Shown here one piece after another: positions 18,480-28,345 of a stretch of 64,000 nucleotides of DNA (position 1 is its first letter; each line of letters starts with the position of its first letter). The position numbers were made by a program, and so were the translations under genes. The notes beneath the pieces were generated by a model. That model was given only the letters and a program-made list of their open reading frames with translations, was not told where the DNA came from and did not search any database. Source of the DNA: Armatimonadota bacterium (GTDB lineage Bacteria; Armatimonadota; SYMT01); the NCBI GenBank assembly GCA_041690135.1, contig JAWLHY010000007.1:32001-96000 (forward strand), read 5' to 3'.

Positions 18480-19355
18480 CTACTGCAGATTCTTCTGGAA
18501 GAACGCCAGGGTGCGTGCCCAGGCGGTCTTTGCGGCCTCTTCCCGGTAGGAGGGCCGGCCGGCGCTGTGGAAGGCGTGCCCGGCGCCGGGATAGATGAAG
18601 AACTCGCCCTTAGGGTTCGTTTCCTTCAACTTGGCGTAGAAGGCCTCGACGTCTTCCGGTTTGGGATTCATGTCGTCGGCGCCGTAGTGTCCCTGGACCG
18701 CGCCCTTGATCTGTCCGGCAACGTCCATCGGCGCGATGTTCGTGGGGCCCGCGGCCTTGACGGGACCGTAATAGGGAGAGGCCGCCAGGATTTCGGGGTT
18801 GGCGGCGGCCACGAGCAGGGTGATGCGCCCGCCCATGCAGAAACCGGTAACGCCGTACTTGCCGTTGGTAAAGTTCTGCTTCTTCAGCCACGCCAGGGCC
18901 GCCTTATGGTCGGAAACGTTCTGCGCGTCCGGCGCCCACTTTCCGACGAAGGAACGCAGTTGCGCGATATCGCCGGGGACCGGCTCCGTGGCCCGGCTGT
19001 ACTGATCCACCACGAGGCAGGCCAAGCCCGCCTGCGCGATCGTAGCCGCTGTTTCTTTGGCGTAAGGGCTCAAGCCAAAGATATCGGGAGCAATCAACAC
19101 CGTTCCCACTTTGCCCCGGACCTTCGGCCGGGCCAGGAACCCGTTGATTTTGGTGTCGCCGTTCATGAAAGTGAGCGACTCCGTCTGGATTTTGGGGTCC
19201 TGAAGCGCGCTCTGTCCCTGCGCCTGCGCTTCCGCGGGGGCGACGCCATCGGCCCCGGCAATTCCGGCTGTAACGACACCGGCCGCTGCTCCCTTCAGGA
19301 GCGTGCGGCGATCGAACTCGGAGGTAGGTTCTTGGCTCATCAATGGAGATTCCAT
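18480..19355 (-). CDS. Tat-exported dienelactone hydrolase family protein
   Basis: DRRTLLKG Tat motif, DIFGL, GFCMGG nucleophile Cys, GAGHAF; GGAGG RBS before ATG 19355. Confidence 0.9.
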   Translation of the reverse strand: MESPLMSQEPTSEFDRRTLLKGAAAGVVTAGIAGADGVAPAEAQAQGQSALQDPKIQTESLTFMNGDTKINGFLARPKVRGKVGTVLIAPDIFGLSPYAKETAATIAQAGLACLVVDQYSRATEPVPGDIAQLRSFVGKWAPDAQNVSDHKAALAWLKKQNFTNGKYGVTGFCMGGRITLLVAAANPEILAASPYYGPVKAAGPTNIAPMDVAGQIKGAVQGHYGADDMNPKPEDVEAFYAKLKETNPKGEFFIYPGAGHAFHSAGRPSYREEAAKTAWARTLAFFQKNLQ

Positions 19356-19659
19356 GGACAGCCTCCGCGGAAGTGCGGAAGGCGGGGAAGTAAGAGATTG
19401 AGACGGGTGAAAGGCCCAAAGGTAAATACGCGCATTGCGCGTGCCTGGCACCATGGAGCCCGGTGCCCGCTCCACTTGCAGCGTGAGAGTGGCCGCACAA
19501 AGGATGCGACGCCAACACCAGCGCAACCAGGTGCCGCCAACTACCGTCAAGTTAGTGTAACCGCAGCCGGAACTAGCGGGTCTTCAGCGGCTGCGGGCAT
19601 TCCCCGTCCGATTTTCGCGGCATGCGGTAACTGCCACCTGATGTGGATGGTCTGTCCCG

Positions 19660-20196
19660 ATGCAAATTCAATCCCTTTCCTGCAGCCACTGTGGCGCCCC
19701 CCTCGACGTTCCGGCCGGGACTTCTTATCTCACCTGCGCGCACTGCGGAAGTCGCCTGAAGGTGAATCGCACCGCCAGTGCCCTCTTTACGGAGGTAATG
19801 GAGGAGATTAGCGGTCACACGGAAGCTATGGTGAGCCATTTGGAAATGATCCGGCTTCAGAACGAACTGGAACGGATCGATCGAGAGTGGCAGATCGAGC
19901 GGGAAAAGCACCTCACACATGACAACAACGGGGCGCGGTCCGTTCCGAGCAGCGGATCCGGTATTGCTTCCGTCATCGGTGGGATCGTGGCGGCCGCCTT
20001 CGGGATTTTTTGGATCGGCGCCGCGTCCAGCATGAGCGCCCCGCCCTTTATGGTGCTGGGCGGAGTGGTGTTTGTGATCGCTGCGCTGGCGAGTGGGGTG
20101 TCCGGGGCCGTCAAAGCTTCGGATTACCAGAAGGCCGAAGAAGACTACCAGAAGCGCCGGGCCGAGATCCTGCGGCAACTGAACACGGAATCGTAG
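19660..20196 (+). CDS. Zinc-ribbon membrane protein
   Basis: CSHCGAPL...CAHCGS, coiled segment, two TM helices, C-terminal coiled coil. Confidence 0.75.
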   Translation: MQIQSLSCSHCGAPLDVPAGTSYLTCAHCGSRLKVNRTASALFTEVMEEISGHTEAMVSHLEMIRLQNELERIDREWQIEREKHLTHDNNGARSVPSSGSGIASVIGGIVAAAFGIFWIGAASSMSAPPFMVLGGVVFVIAALASGVSGAVKASDYQKAEEDYQKRRAEILRQLNTES

Positions 20197-20310
20197 CGTC
20201 CGGGAGAAAGCAGGGGAGGGTCCGGGGTTGTTTCACTCCCAGTCGTTGGGCACAGACCGTCGGGCACGGAAGAGGGGTTCTCCCGTGCCCGAGTCCGGAA
20301 CCCGTGGGGA

Positions 20311-21390
20311 TTAGCGCTGGATGCGCGCCGAGCCGCCCTTGGCGAACGAGCGGACCTGCTCCACCGAGGCCATCGTGGTATCGCCGGGGAACGTGGTCAG
20401 GAGCGCTCCGTGAGCCCAGCCCAGCTTCACGGCCTCTTCGGGGGATTCGCCCGACATCAGGCCGTAGAAGAAGCCGGCCGCGAACCCATCGCCGCCGCCC
20501 ACCCGATCGATCACGTCCAGCTCGGCCGTCGGCGCCACATGGGTTTCGCCGTTGATCCAGGCCACCGAACTCCAACTGTGGCGGTTGGTAGAATGGACCT
20601 CTCGCAGTGTGGTCGCCACGACTTTAATGTGCGGGTGCTGATCAACCACCCGATCGATCATGCCGAAGAAAGTTGTCGGGTCGAGCTTGGACTTGGATGC
20701 CACTTCCGGCCCCGGGATGCCGAGGCCCTTCTGGAGGTCCTCCTCGTTGCCGACGAGCACATCCACGTGGGCAACGATCCGGCCGATCGTTTCCTGGGCT
20801 CGCTCCAGGCCGCCGAAGATGCGCCACAGCTTCTCGCGGAAGTTCAGGTCGAACGACACGATGGCGCCCTGGGCCTTGGCCGCCTGCATTCCTTCGATGA
20901 TCACTTCCGGGGTGGTCTCGGAGAGGGCCGCGAAGATGCCGCCGCTGTGGAACCAGCGGACGCCGCCGGCCAGGATCGCGTTCCAATCGAAGTCCCCCGG
21001 CTTGAGCTGGGCCGCCGCTTCGTTGCAGCGGTTGTAGAACACGACCGGGGCGCGGACACCCTGGCCGCGGTCGCTGTAGACCGTCGCCATGTTCGGGCCG
21101 GTAACCCCGTCGTGGGCGAACCGCTTGTAGAAGGGCCGCACACCCATCGCCCGGACGCGTTCCGCAATCAGGTCGCCGATCGGGTAATCGACCATCGCGG
21201 AAGCTATGCCGGTCTGCATACCGAAACAGTCGGCCAGGTTCGCCGCGACGTTGAATTCGCCGCCGCTTACGTGGATCTGGCACTCGTTCGCCTTCCGGAA
21301 GGGGATAATGCCGGGATCGAGGCGATGGACAAGCGCACCGAGGGACAAAAGGTCGAGCGCACCGCTCTGGGGGATGTTCAAACCGTTCAT
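20311..21390 (-). CDS. kdgK: PfkB family sugar kinase, 2-keto-3-deoxygluconate kinase-like
   Basis: GGEFNVA, SFDLNFREKLW, GNEED, DRVGGGDGFAAG, PGD. Confidence 0.85.
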   Translation of the reverse strand: MNGLNIPQSGALDLLSLGALVHRLDPGIIPFRKANECQIHVSGGEFNVAANLADCFGMQTGIASAMVDYPIGDLIAERVRAMGVRPFYKRFAHDGVTGPNMATVYSDRGQGVRAPVVFYNRCNEAAAQLKPGDFDWNAILAGGVRWFHSGGIFAALSETTPEVIIEGMQAAKAQGAIVSFDLNFREKLWRIFGGLERAQETIGRIVAHVDVLVGNEEDLQKGLGIPGPEVASKSKLDPTTFFGMIDRVVDQHPHIKVVATTLREVHSTNRHSWSSVAWINGETHVAPTAELDVIDRVGGGDGFAAGFFYGLMSGESPEEAVKLGWAHGALLTTFPGDTTMASVEQVRSFAKGGSARIQR

Positions 21391-21585
21391 GCTACACTCC
21401 TCGCTAGGTAGGATATCTGCAGCAAGCGGTCCCCGGCGACTATTAGATCAATAACATCCAAACGCAAGAGACCCGCCACGGTGATCGTGCCGCGGCAGGC
21501 CTCCTGGGTGTTCACTTCTTCCCTTAACGATGGCGTGAAACCTACTCCGGGTTTCCGCCTTCTCCCCACCGGTGATGGTGCCAGG

Positions 21586-21879
21586 CTACGCGGAAGCGGT
21601 CCGGCCGCCACGGCCTGCCGCGTTCGCATCCGCGGCGCGACGGCTCAGGCCGAGACGCATTCGTGCACCGGCCGCACCGCAGGTTGCCCGCCGACGCGCG
21701 ATGCGGTGGAGGGCGGGGAAATCCCGGACCTCTGCCGTGGCATCCATATCCGCCAGGTGCTGGAGATAAGCGGACACATCCCAGGCGGCGATTTGACCGG
21801 AGCGTGCCCGCTGGAGCACGCGCGTCGCCGCCCGCACGGTGATGGCCTCAAAACGGTGGTGGGTTTTCGTCGCGTTCAT
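21586..21879 (-). CDS. Hypothetical protein (97 aa)
   Basis: 3' part of the 224-aa ORF from MNATKT looks protein-like; hairpin downstream at about 21458-21503; no family recognised. Confidence 0.4.
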   Translation of the reverse strand: MNATKTHHRFEAITVRAATRVLQRARSGQIAAWDVSAYLQHLADMDATAEVRDFPALHRIARRRATCGAAGARMRLGLSRRAADANAAGRGGRTASA

Positions 21880-22512
21880 CAGTAGTATCGGGTGCGCCTG
21901 TAGAAGGACCAATTGAGAAGAAGGCCGGGAGGGTGGACTGGGGTCCTGCCCGACGCCGGCTGTTACTGGATCCGACGGTATCTGTTCCGAACACGACGCA
22001 GCGTTTGCGGTCGCTTGATGTTTGCTGGTTACTTTATCGACGCCCGCTCCGAACATAGGGTTACGGAGCCTGAACACTCTTAACCGGAGGGTTGAGGATC
22101 CGGTTGTGAACCGTTTCATACCGCTTCGGCATTCCCGGATCGCCGGGTGATACGAGCCCATGGCACTCGGGTAAGAGAGAAGACGGGCGATTACGGCTCG
22201 AAGCGCCTGATGCCTGTAAGACTCACAGGCGGCTCTGCCGGTTCCGTCACGTTTTCTCAACAGCGATCCCGGCGGGCCTGGAACTGTGGACCCCGCACCT
22301 CCCGCTATTTACGGGGGTTGCAGGGCAGACCTCGGGTGGGGTAAGGTACGCTCCGGCCTGCGCGTGAAGCACGCTGTTACCGTTCGGAAGGCCAGTTCAA
22401 GAGGCTGCCAGCCATGCGCTCGTGGGTCGACCCGTTGCGGGGTAAACTTATATAATTCTGCGGGATCTCCGGGTAGTTTGAACTCAGCGCCCCGAAGCGC
22501 CGACTAACGGAG

Positions 22513-24336
22513 ATGGACGTAAGCTATAACCGCGGTCGCTACCGCGCCGAAGATAGAAAAGGTCGGGCCCGTCCGGCCGCCATACGCCCGAACAGGCCGC
22601 ACTCCCCCGGGAGTCACAGCGGCCCACGAGGACTGCCTGTGGAGACAAGAACAACGGGGCGCGCCTCCTCGACCGCCACCGCAGCCGGCCCGACACCCTC
22701 GTCGTGGCGGCTGGCTCTGAAGATCACCGCCGCGATTCTGTTCATCGTCCTGTCAATTGGGGCGGGAGTCGCGCTGGCGCTCGTCGGCAAGTTCAATGGG
22801 GCGAGCAATCCCATTGAGTTCATCAAGAACGCCACGGGTACGGTCACGGCCATCGTTGAACCGCGCTCCTTCTTTCCCGGGCAGGACCGCATCACCATCC
22901 TTTGTCTCGGCCTGGACCGCAACATCGTCCGCAGCAAGGACCCGAAGATCAATGGGATGCCGACCTGGAAGGATGCCCGCAGCGACGTGATGATGATCGC
23001 CAGCCTGGATCTGGCGAACAAAACCGTCAGCATCCTCTCCGTGCCACGGGACACGCGGGTGCGGCTGCCCGGACGGCGCAGCTATTCGAAGATCAATGAG
23101 GCGCACTCTCGCGGTGGGATTCCCTACACCCGTGAGACGGTGGAAGAGTTCCTCGGTATCGATCTTGATCACCATGTCGTGATCAAGCAGGAAGCGATCC
23201 AGGCCGTCGTGGACGCCCTGGGCGGCCTCCAGATCGATGTTGAAAAAGACATGGATTACGACGACAACTGGGGCCAGCTCCACATCCACTTGAAGGAAGG
23301 ACCCCAGCGCCTGAACGGCGAGCAGGTCGTCGGCTACATGCGGTTCCGCCACGATGCCGAAGGCGATTTCGGGCGCATCCGGCGTCAGCAGCAGGTGATC
23401 CAGGCTCTGGCGGACCAGGTGAAGGACCCGGCCGTCGTGATGAAGGCCTCCGGGTTGATCGAGGCCATCAAGAAGTACATCAAGACGGACCTGAATCCCC
23501 AGCAGCAGGTCGCCCTGGCGCACCTCTTCCACAAGGTCCAGCCAGCCAACGTGCAGACCGCGCAGCTTCCGGTTGCCGATACGGAGACGATCGACGGCAT
23601 CTCCTACGTGATCCCGGATGACGACAAGAAGGAGACCGTAGTCGATTGGATCGTCCGAGGCAACCAGGAAGCCTGGAACCGCCTGATCCGGGTCGAATTG
23701 CGCAACGCCAGCGGCGATCCCGAGGTCTACCAGCGGGTTTACCGGTACCTGCGCCACTGCGGCTTTGAGGCGTGGCGTGGAGGTCGGGCTTCCGAGCAGG
23801 CCGATGCGACGCGCGCCATTCAGCGGACCAGCGTGAAGGGATCGGCCCGGCGCGTGCTGGAGACGCTGGGCATCAGCGGAGCCGTGGAGCGGGAGAAGGG
23901 CTACGGCGCGGATGTCGTTCTGTACGTAGGTAAGGATCTCGCCGATAGCTCAATCATCTCCGTGGCGGAGAACCTTCCGGACGTGCCGGACTATCGTCCC
24001 GCGCGCCGCCGGAAGCGCTCCGAGCGCCGTGCCCGTCGCGACTACGAACCGGTGCCCGTGAGTATCCGGTCGGCGGAAGGCGAGAGTTCGGAAACCGAGG
24101 GTGAGGGCGAGAGCCCGGCCTCGGAATCCGGTTCCGAGGAAGCGACCGGCGGCGGAGAATCGACGGAGCCCGCTCTCGAAGTGCCCGGCACGGCCGATCC
24201 CGCGCCTGCGTCCGGATCCGGATCGGAAGGCTCGGCGCCTTCCCCGGCGCCCTCCAGCGGCGGCGCGGAGCCGGAAGGGGAGTCGGAATCGGGCGGAGCG
24301 GGTGAGAGCGCACCGGAACCAGCGGAAATCAGGTAA
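22513..24336 (+). CDS. LCP (LytR-CpsA-Psr) family protein with LytR C-terminal domain and acidic tail
   Basis: TM helix, LGLD, RSDVMM, LSVPRDTRV, KINEAH, RFRHD..GDFGR..RQQ, VELRNASG. Confidence 0.93.
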   Translation: MDVSYNRGRYRAEDRKGRARPAAIRPNRPHSPGSHSGPRGLPVETRTTGRASSTATAAGPTPSSWRLALKITAAILFIVLSIGAGVALALVGKFNGASNPIEFIKNATGTVTAIVEPRSFFPGQDRITILCLGLDRNIVRSKDPKINGMPTWKDARSDVMMIASLDLANKTVSILSVPRDTRVRLPGRRSYSKINEAHSRGGIPYTRETVEEFLGIDLDHHVVIKQEAIQAVVDALGGLQIDVEKDMDYDDNWGQLHIHLKEGPQRLNGEQVVGYMRFRHDAEGDFGRIRRQQQVIQALADQVKDPAVVMKASGLIEAIKKYIKTDLNPQQQVALAHLFHKVQPANVQTAQLPVADTETIDGISYVIPDDDKKETVVDWIVRGNQEAWNRLIRVELRNASGDPEVYQRVYRYLRHCGFEAWRGGRASEQADATRAIQRTSVKGSARRVLETLGISGAVEREKGYGADVVLYVGKDLADSSIISVAENLPDVPDYRPARRRKRSERRARRDYEPVPVSIRSAEGESSETEGEGESPASESGSEEATGGGESTEPALEVPGTADPAPASGSGSEGSAPSPAPSSGGAEPEGESESGGAGESAPEPAEIR

Positions 24337-24372
24337 AGCACCGGCAGGCTGCCGGTAGGGATAACGAACAAC

Positions 24373-24410
24373 TACAAAAGGGGGGAGGCTTCTGCCTCCC
24401 CCCTTTTGTA
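24373..24410. terminator. Bidirectional terminator
   Basis: tacaaaaggggggaggc-ttct-gcctccccccttttgta. Confidence 0.85.
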
Positions 24411-24441
24411 TTTTCTGTTCTCGCCGTTGACCTCTCGCTGC

Positions 24442-26076
24442 TTACCAGCTCTTGGGGGCCGCCGCCATCCGCTCTTCCAGTGGATACTTCACCAGGTACT
24501 CCTCATAGGTTCCGGGGAAGTCGGTCACTTCGGCCGGCGCCTCGGGATGCGGCCGCTGGAACGAGAGCACGCGGGTGGCCACGTCGGAAATGAGATCCCG
24601 GTCGTGGGACACGAGGAGCACCGTCCCCTCGAAGAGGGAGAGGGCTTCTCCCAGGGCGTTCACCGCCTCCAGGTCGAGATGGTTGGTCGGCTCGTCAAAG
24701 ATCAGCACCGGATGCTTTTCCAGCATCAGGCGGCACATCAACAGGCGCGCCGTTTCGCCTCCGGAGAGGGCGCGCACCGGCTTCAGGCCCTCCTCGCCCT
24801 TGAACAGCATCCGGCCCATCACGCTGCGGACCGCCTGCACGCCTTCGCCGGAGGTGTCGAACTGCATTAGCCAGTCGGCCGCGGTCGTCTCTCCATCGGC
24901 GTCAATGCGGTAGTCCTGCGCGTAGTAGCCCCAGGTCATGCCGCCGCCCCACTTCACGCTGCCGTTGTCCAGGGGAAGCTCGCCGATCAGGCAGCGCAGC
25001 AGCGTGGTTTTACCCACGCCGTTGTTGCCGATGATGGCGATCTTCTCGCCGCGCATCACTTCCAGCTTGAGGTTCTGCAGCACGGGTTGTCCGTCGAAGC
25101 TCTTGGCCAGGTCATACGCCATCACCACTTCTCGGCCCGCCGGCTTCCGCTGATCGAAGCGGATGTAGGGGCGCTGGATGTTCGAGCGCTTCAGCTCTTC
25201 CGGCTGGAGACGGGCGATCTCCTTCTTTCGGGACTGCACCTGGCTGGAGCGCTGGCCCGCGGCGAACCGGCTGACGAACTCCTGAAGCTGGGCGATCTTG
25301 CGTGCCTTTTCCCGGTTGGCCGACTCGATCTGCTGGCGCGCCTGGACCTTTTGCCCCACCATATCGTCGTAGTTGCCCGGATAGACGATGATGGTTTCGT
25401 AGTCGATGTCCGCGATGTGCGTGCAGACTTCGTTCAGGAAGTGCCGGTCGTGCGAGATCACGATCAGCGTGCCCTTGTACTGAGTAAGGAACTCTTCCAG
25501 CCAGTGGATCGATTCGAGATCCATGTGGTTGGTCGGTTCGTCCAGGAGCAGCGCTTCCGGCTCGCCGAACACCGCCTGCGCCAGCAGTACCCGGAACTTC
25601 ATGTCCGTCGGCAGGCTGCGCATCAGGTCGGTGTGCCGTTCTTCCGGCAGGCCGATACCCCGGAGAATATCCGCCGCGTCGAGCTCGGCCATGTAGCCGT
25701 TCTCGTCCGCAATGGTCCCTTCCAGGTCGCCCAGTCGCTCGATCTCCGCTTCTGTGAGATCGGCCTTTTCGCAGAGCGCATCCCGCTCCTGAAGGGCCTT
25801 CCACAGCACGGCGTTGCCCATCATCACCGTATCGATGATCCGCTCGTTGTCGAACGCGAACTGGTCCTGCTTGAGCACGCCGACCTTGCGCGGGCGGTGG
25901 ACGACCCCCCGGTTCGACGGCTCGATCTCCCCGGTCAGAATCTTCATGAAAGTGGACTTCCCGGCGCCATTCGGCCCGGTGAGCCCATACCGGTTGCCCG
26001 GGGTGAACTTTACGGAGACGTCTTCGAATAGAATGCGCGTCCCGTAAGCTTTGGTAACGCCATCGACGAAAATCAT
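24442..26076 (-). CDS. ABC-F family ATPase (YbiT-like)
   Basis: Two ABC domains GPNGAGKST and GNNGVGKTT, LDEPTNH x2, SHDR x2, no TM. Confidence 0.93.
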   Translation of the reverse strand: MIFVDGVTKAYGTRILFEDVSVKFTPGNRYGLTGPNGAGKSTFMKILTGEIEPSNRGVVHRPRKVGVLKQDQFAFDNERIIDTVMMGNAVLWKALQERDALCEKADLTEAEIERLGDLEGTIADENGYMAELDAADILRGIGLPEERHTDLMRSLPTDMKFRVLLAQAVFGEPEALLLDEPTNHMDLESIHWLEEFLTQYKGTLIVISHDRHFLNEVCTHIADIDYETIIVYPGNYDDMVGQKVQARQQIESANREKARKIAQLQEFVSRFAAGQRSSQVQSRKKEIARLQPEELKRSNIQRPYIRFDQRKPAGREVVMAYDLAKSFDGQPVLQNLKLEVMRGEKIAIIGNNGVGKTTLLRCLIGELPLDNGSVKWGGGMTWGYYAQDYRIDADGETTAADWLMQFDTSGEGVQAVRSVMGRMLFKGEEGLKPVRALSGGETARLLMCRLMLEKHPVLIFDEPTNHLDLEAVNALGEALSLFEGTVLLVSHDRDLISDVATRVLSFQRPHPEAPAEVTDFPGTYEEYLVKYPLEERMAAAPKSW

Positions 26077-26263
26077 ATTGCGAAAGAAACCTCACAAAAA
26101 TAGACGCGCGCACGGGCGCACGTCATGATGCCTCCTATGATACAGGTTTTCGCGGGGATTTTGAACCCTCCCACCCTCGCCATGCAAGAGGAACCTCCGG
26201 TCTCCAGCGCCAAATGGGGAGGTAAGACTTCCCTTTCGCACCCAAATGGATTCGAGCCAGACA

Positions 26264-27544
26264 ATGCACCGTCGCTCCCTGCTGCTTTCTCTCCTCGCCC
26301 TGGCCGCCGCGCGGCCGAGCGCCTCTGCGGATCGCTTCTATCTCAAACCGGGAGACCGGGTGCTGTTCCTGGGGGACAGTATCACCTTCGCTGGAATGTA
26401 CGTCCAATACGTGCAGGCGTACCTCGCTACCCGCTTCCCAGGCACGCAGTACGAGTTGGTGAACCTCGGGCTTCCGAGTGAAACCGTGACGGGGCTGTCG
26501 GAACCGGACCACCCGTTCCCGCGTCCGGATCTCCACGAGCGGCTGGACCGGGCCCTGGCGAAGGTGAAGCCCACCGTGGTGGTGATGTGCTACGGGATGA
26601 ACGACGGAATCTACTACCCGTTTTCGGAGGAGCGGTTCGGTAAGTACCAGGATGCTTACCGGAAAGCGATCGCGAAAGTACGAGCAGCCGGAGCGAGGGT
26701 AATGGTGCAGACGCCGCCACCGTTTGATCCCCTCCCGCTCAAGGAGAAAGTGCTGCCGGAAGGAGCGCCGAAGTATAGCTGGATGACTCCCTATCGCGAC
26801 TATGATGGCGTGCTTGCCCGTTATGGCAAATGGCTGCTGACCCAGAAGAGCCGCGATCTGCCGGTGGTAGATGCCCATGGTGCCGTGGAGGGGGCGTTGG
26901 CTAACTTCCGCAAAGCCGAGCCGGGGCTGATCCTGGCGGGCGACGGCATCCACATGGACGGAACGGGCCACGCCATTATGGCGCTGGCCCTGCTGGAGGC
27001 CTGGGGCGCGCCCCGCGAGGTGGACTCGGCAACGATCGATGCGGGACAGCAGCAGGTCCGCGACGGACGGGTGTCCGGGCTCGCCGTCACCAACGGGGAA
27101 GTGGGGTTCACCTGGACCTCCCGCCTGCCGATGCCGTTCGATCCGAAGTGGGACGCCCGCGTGGACCTGATGACGGACCTTTCGGGCCGGCTCAACCGCC
27201 ACCGGCTGCGCGTGCTGAACCTGTCCGCCCCGCGCTACTCCCTTTATGAGGGGGACACCTGGATCGGGGAATTCTCTCGCGGACAGCTCAAGGAGGGCAT
27301 TGAGCTTACGCGCTTCCCCAAACTAATCACGAACACGCGGGCCGCGGAACTGCTGAAGCTGGTGCAACAGCGAGAGCGCCTGCTCAGCATCGCCTGGCTG
27401 ACCGATGTCGGGCACAAGCGACCCCAAACACCGGTGGGGCTGCCGCTCGCGGAAGCGCAGGCTAAGGCCGCTCCGCTCACCGTGCGAATCCAGGATCTGG
27501 CGCAACCGGTGGCCCTGCGATTGCGCCTGATACCGGCCAGCTAA
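26264..27544 (+). CDS. Exported SGNH/GDSL hydrolase with C-terminal extension
   Basis: FLGDSIT, YGMNDG, DGIH; signal peptide MHRRSLLL. Confidence 0.9.
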   Translation: MHRRSLLLSLLALAAARPSASADRFYLKPGDRVLFLGDSITFAGMYVQYVQAYLATRFPGTQYELVNLGLPSETVTGLSEPDHPFPRPDLHERLDRALAKVKPTVVVMCYGMNDGIYYPFSEERFGKYQDAYRKAIAKVRAAGARVMVQTPPPFDPLPLKEKVLPEGAPKYSWMTPYRDYDGVLARYGKWLLTQKSRDLPVVDAHGAVEGALANFRKAEPGLILAGDGIHMDGTGHAIMALALLEAWGAPREVDSATIDAGQQQVRDGRVSGLAVTNGEVGFTWTSRLPMPFDPKWDARVDLMTDLSGRLNRHRLRVLNLSAPRYSLYEGDTWIGEFSRGQLKEGIELTRFPKLITNTRAAELLKLVQQRERLLSIAWLTDVGHKRPQTPVGLPLAEAQAKAAPLTVRIQDLAQPVALRLRLIPAS

Positions 27545-27669
27545 CCGGATTCGTCCGGAACTGGCGCGACGGTGCGGCCGGATGTTAGGGCCACGAGGAC
27601 GATGCGCCACTGAATACCGGCCGCTGTTTCCCTTCTCTCCCTCGCTGAATTGGGTAGGGGAGGCAGCTT

Positions 27670-28329
27670 CTACTGGACGGCGCCGGCCTTCTTGAGCAGT
27701 TCGGCCACTTGGGTATGTCCGGCTCGCCTCGCCAGGCTCAAAGCCGTTTCTCCCCTTGTGTTCCGAAGGTGGACGTTGGCACCGCGATCGAGTAGGAGCT
27801 GTACAGCCTCCTGGTGACCACATTCCGCGGCAAGCATCAGCGGTGTCTGGCTCGCCTTGCTCGCCCGATTGGGATCTACGCCGTTATCCAGGAACTGCGA
27901 TAGCCGTTTGGTGTCGTTCGCCCTTGCCGCGGACAAGAGGGCAGCGGTGACGGCGGCCGGCCGGGCAAATGCGCCCTGCGTGGGCATCAGCACCATGCCG
28001 GCCAGGGAAGCCCCAACCACGGTAAGGGCGACCCGCTCGACAGCCGCTCGCCGCTTCTGTCTGGAGATTTCCTCACCAATGGGGCAGTCGCGGGTCAGGA
28101 TCGTGCCGTCCGGTCTCCGGTAGAACCGCACGCAGAGCGAGCCGTCGTGCCGCGCGATCGTATCGGCAGCCTCCTCCACGTCCATCGCCGAGAGGTTGTA
28201 GACATGGAGGTTGCACTGAGAGCAGAATCGCACCTTCTCGTCGCCCTGCATCTCGTTCCAATCCGCTTGGCAGGGCGAGGCGACCTCTACCTCATTCAGC
28301 TTCGCACGAGGTTTCCTGCGGAGAGACAT
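27670..28329 (-). CDS. Cys-rich N-terminal domain + TM + ankyrin repeats
   Basis: SPC..DW..M.GD..VRFC..C...V..LS...CVRF...DC; TPLMLAA..GH..AV.LLL..GA.V. Confidence 0.85.
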   Translation of the reverse strand: MSLRRKPRAKLNEVEVASPCQADWNEMQGDEKVRFCSQCNLHVYNLSAMDVEEAADTIARHDGSLCVRFYRRPDGTILTRDCPIGEEISRQKRRAAVERVALTVVGASLAGMVLMPTQGAFARPAAVTAALLSAARANDTKRLSQFLDNGVDPNRASKASQTPLMLAAECGHQEAVQLLLDRGANVHLRNTRGETALSLARRAGHTQVAELLKKAGAVQ

Positions 28330-28345
28330 CGGGTCCTCCTGGGTC

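Noticed and set aside
22285-22325. SAM-I riboswitch suggested by GCAACC...GGTGC on the minus strand
   Set aside because: Lacks the ATC.AGAG P1/J1-2 and kink-turn P2 elements; no methionine gene downstream
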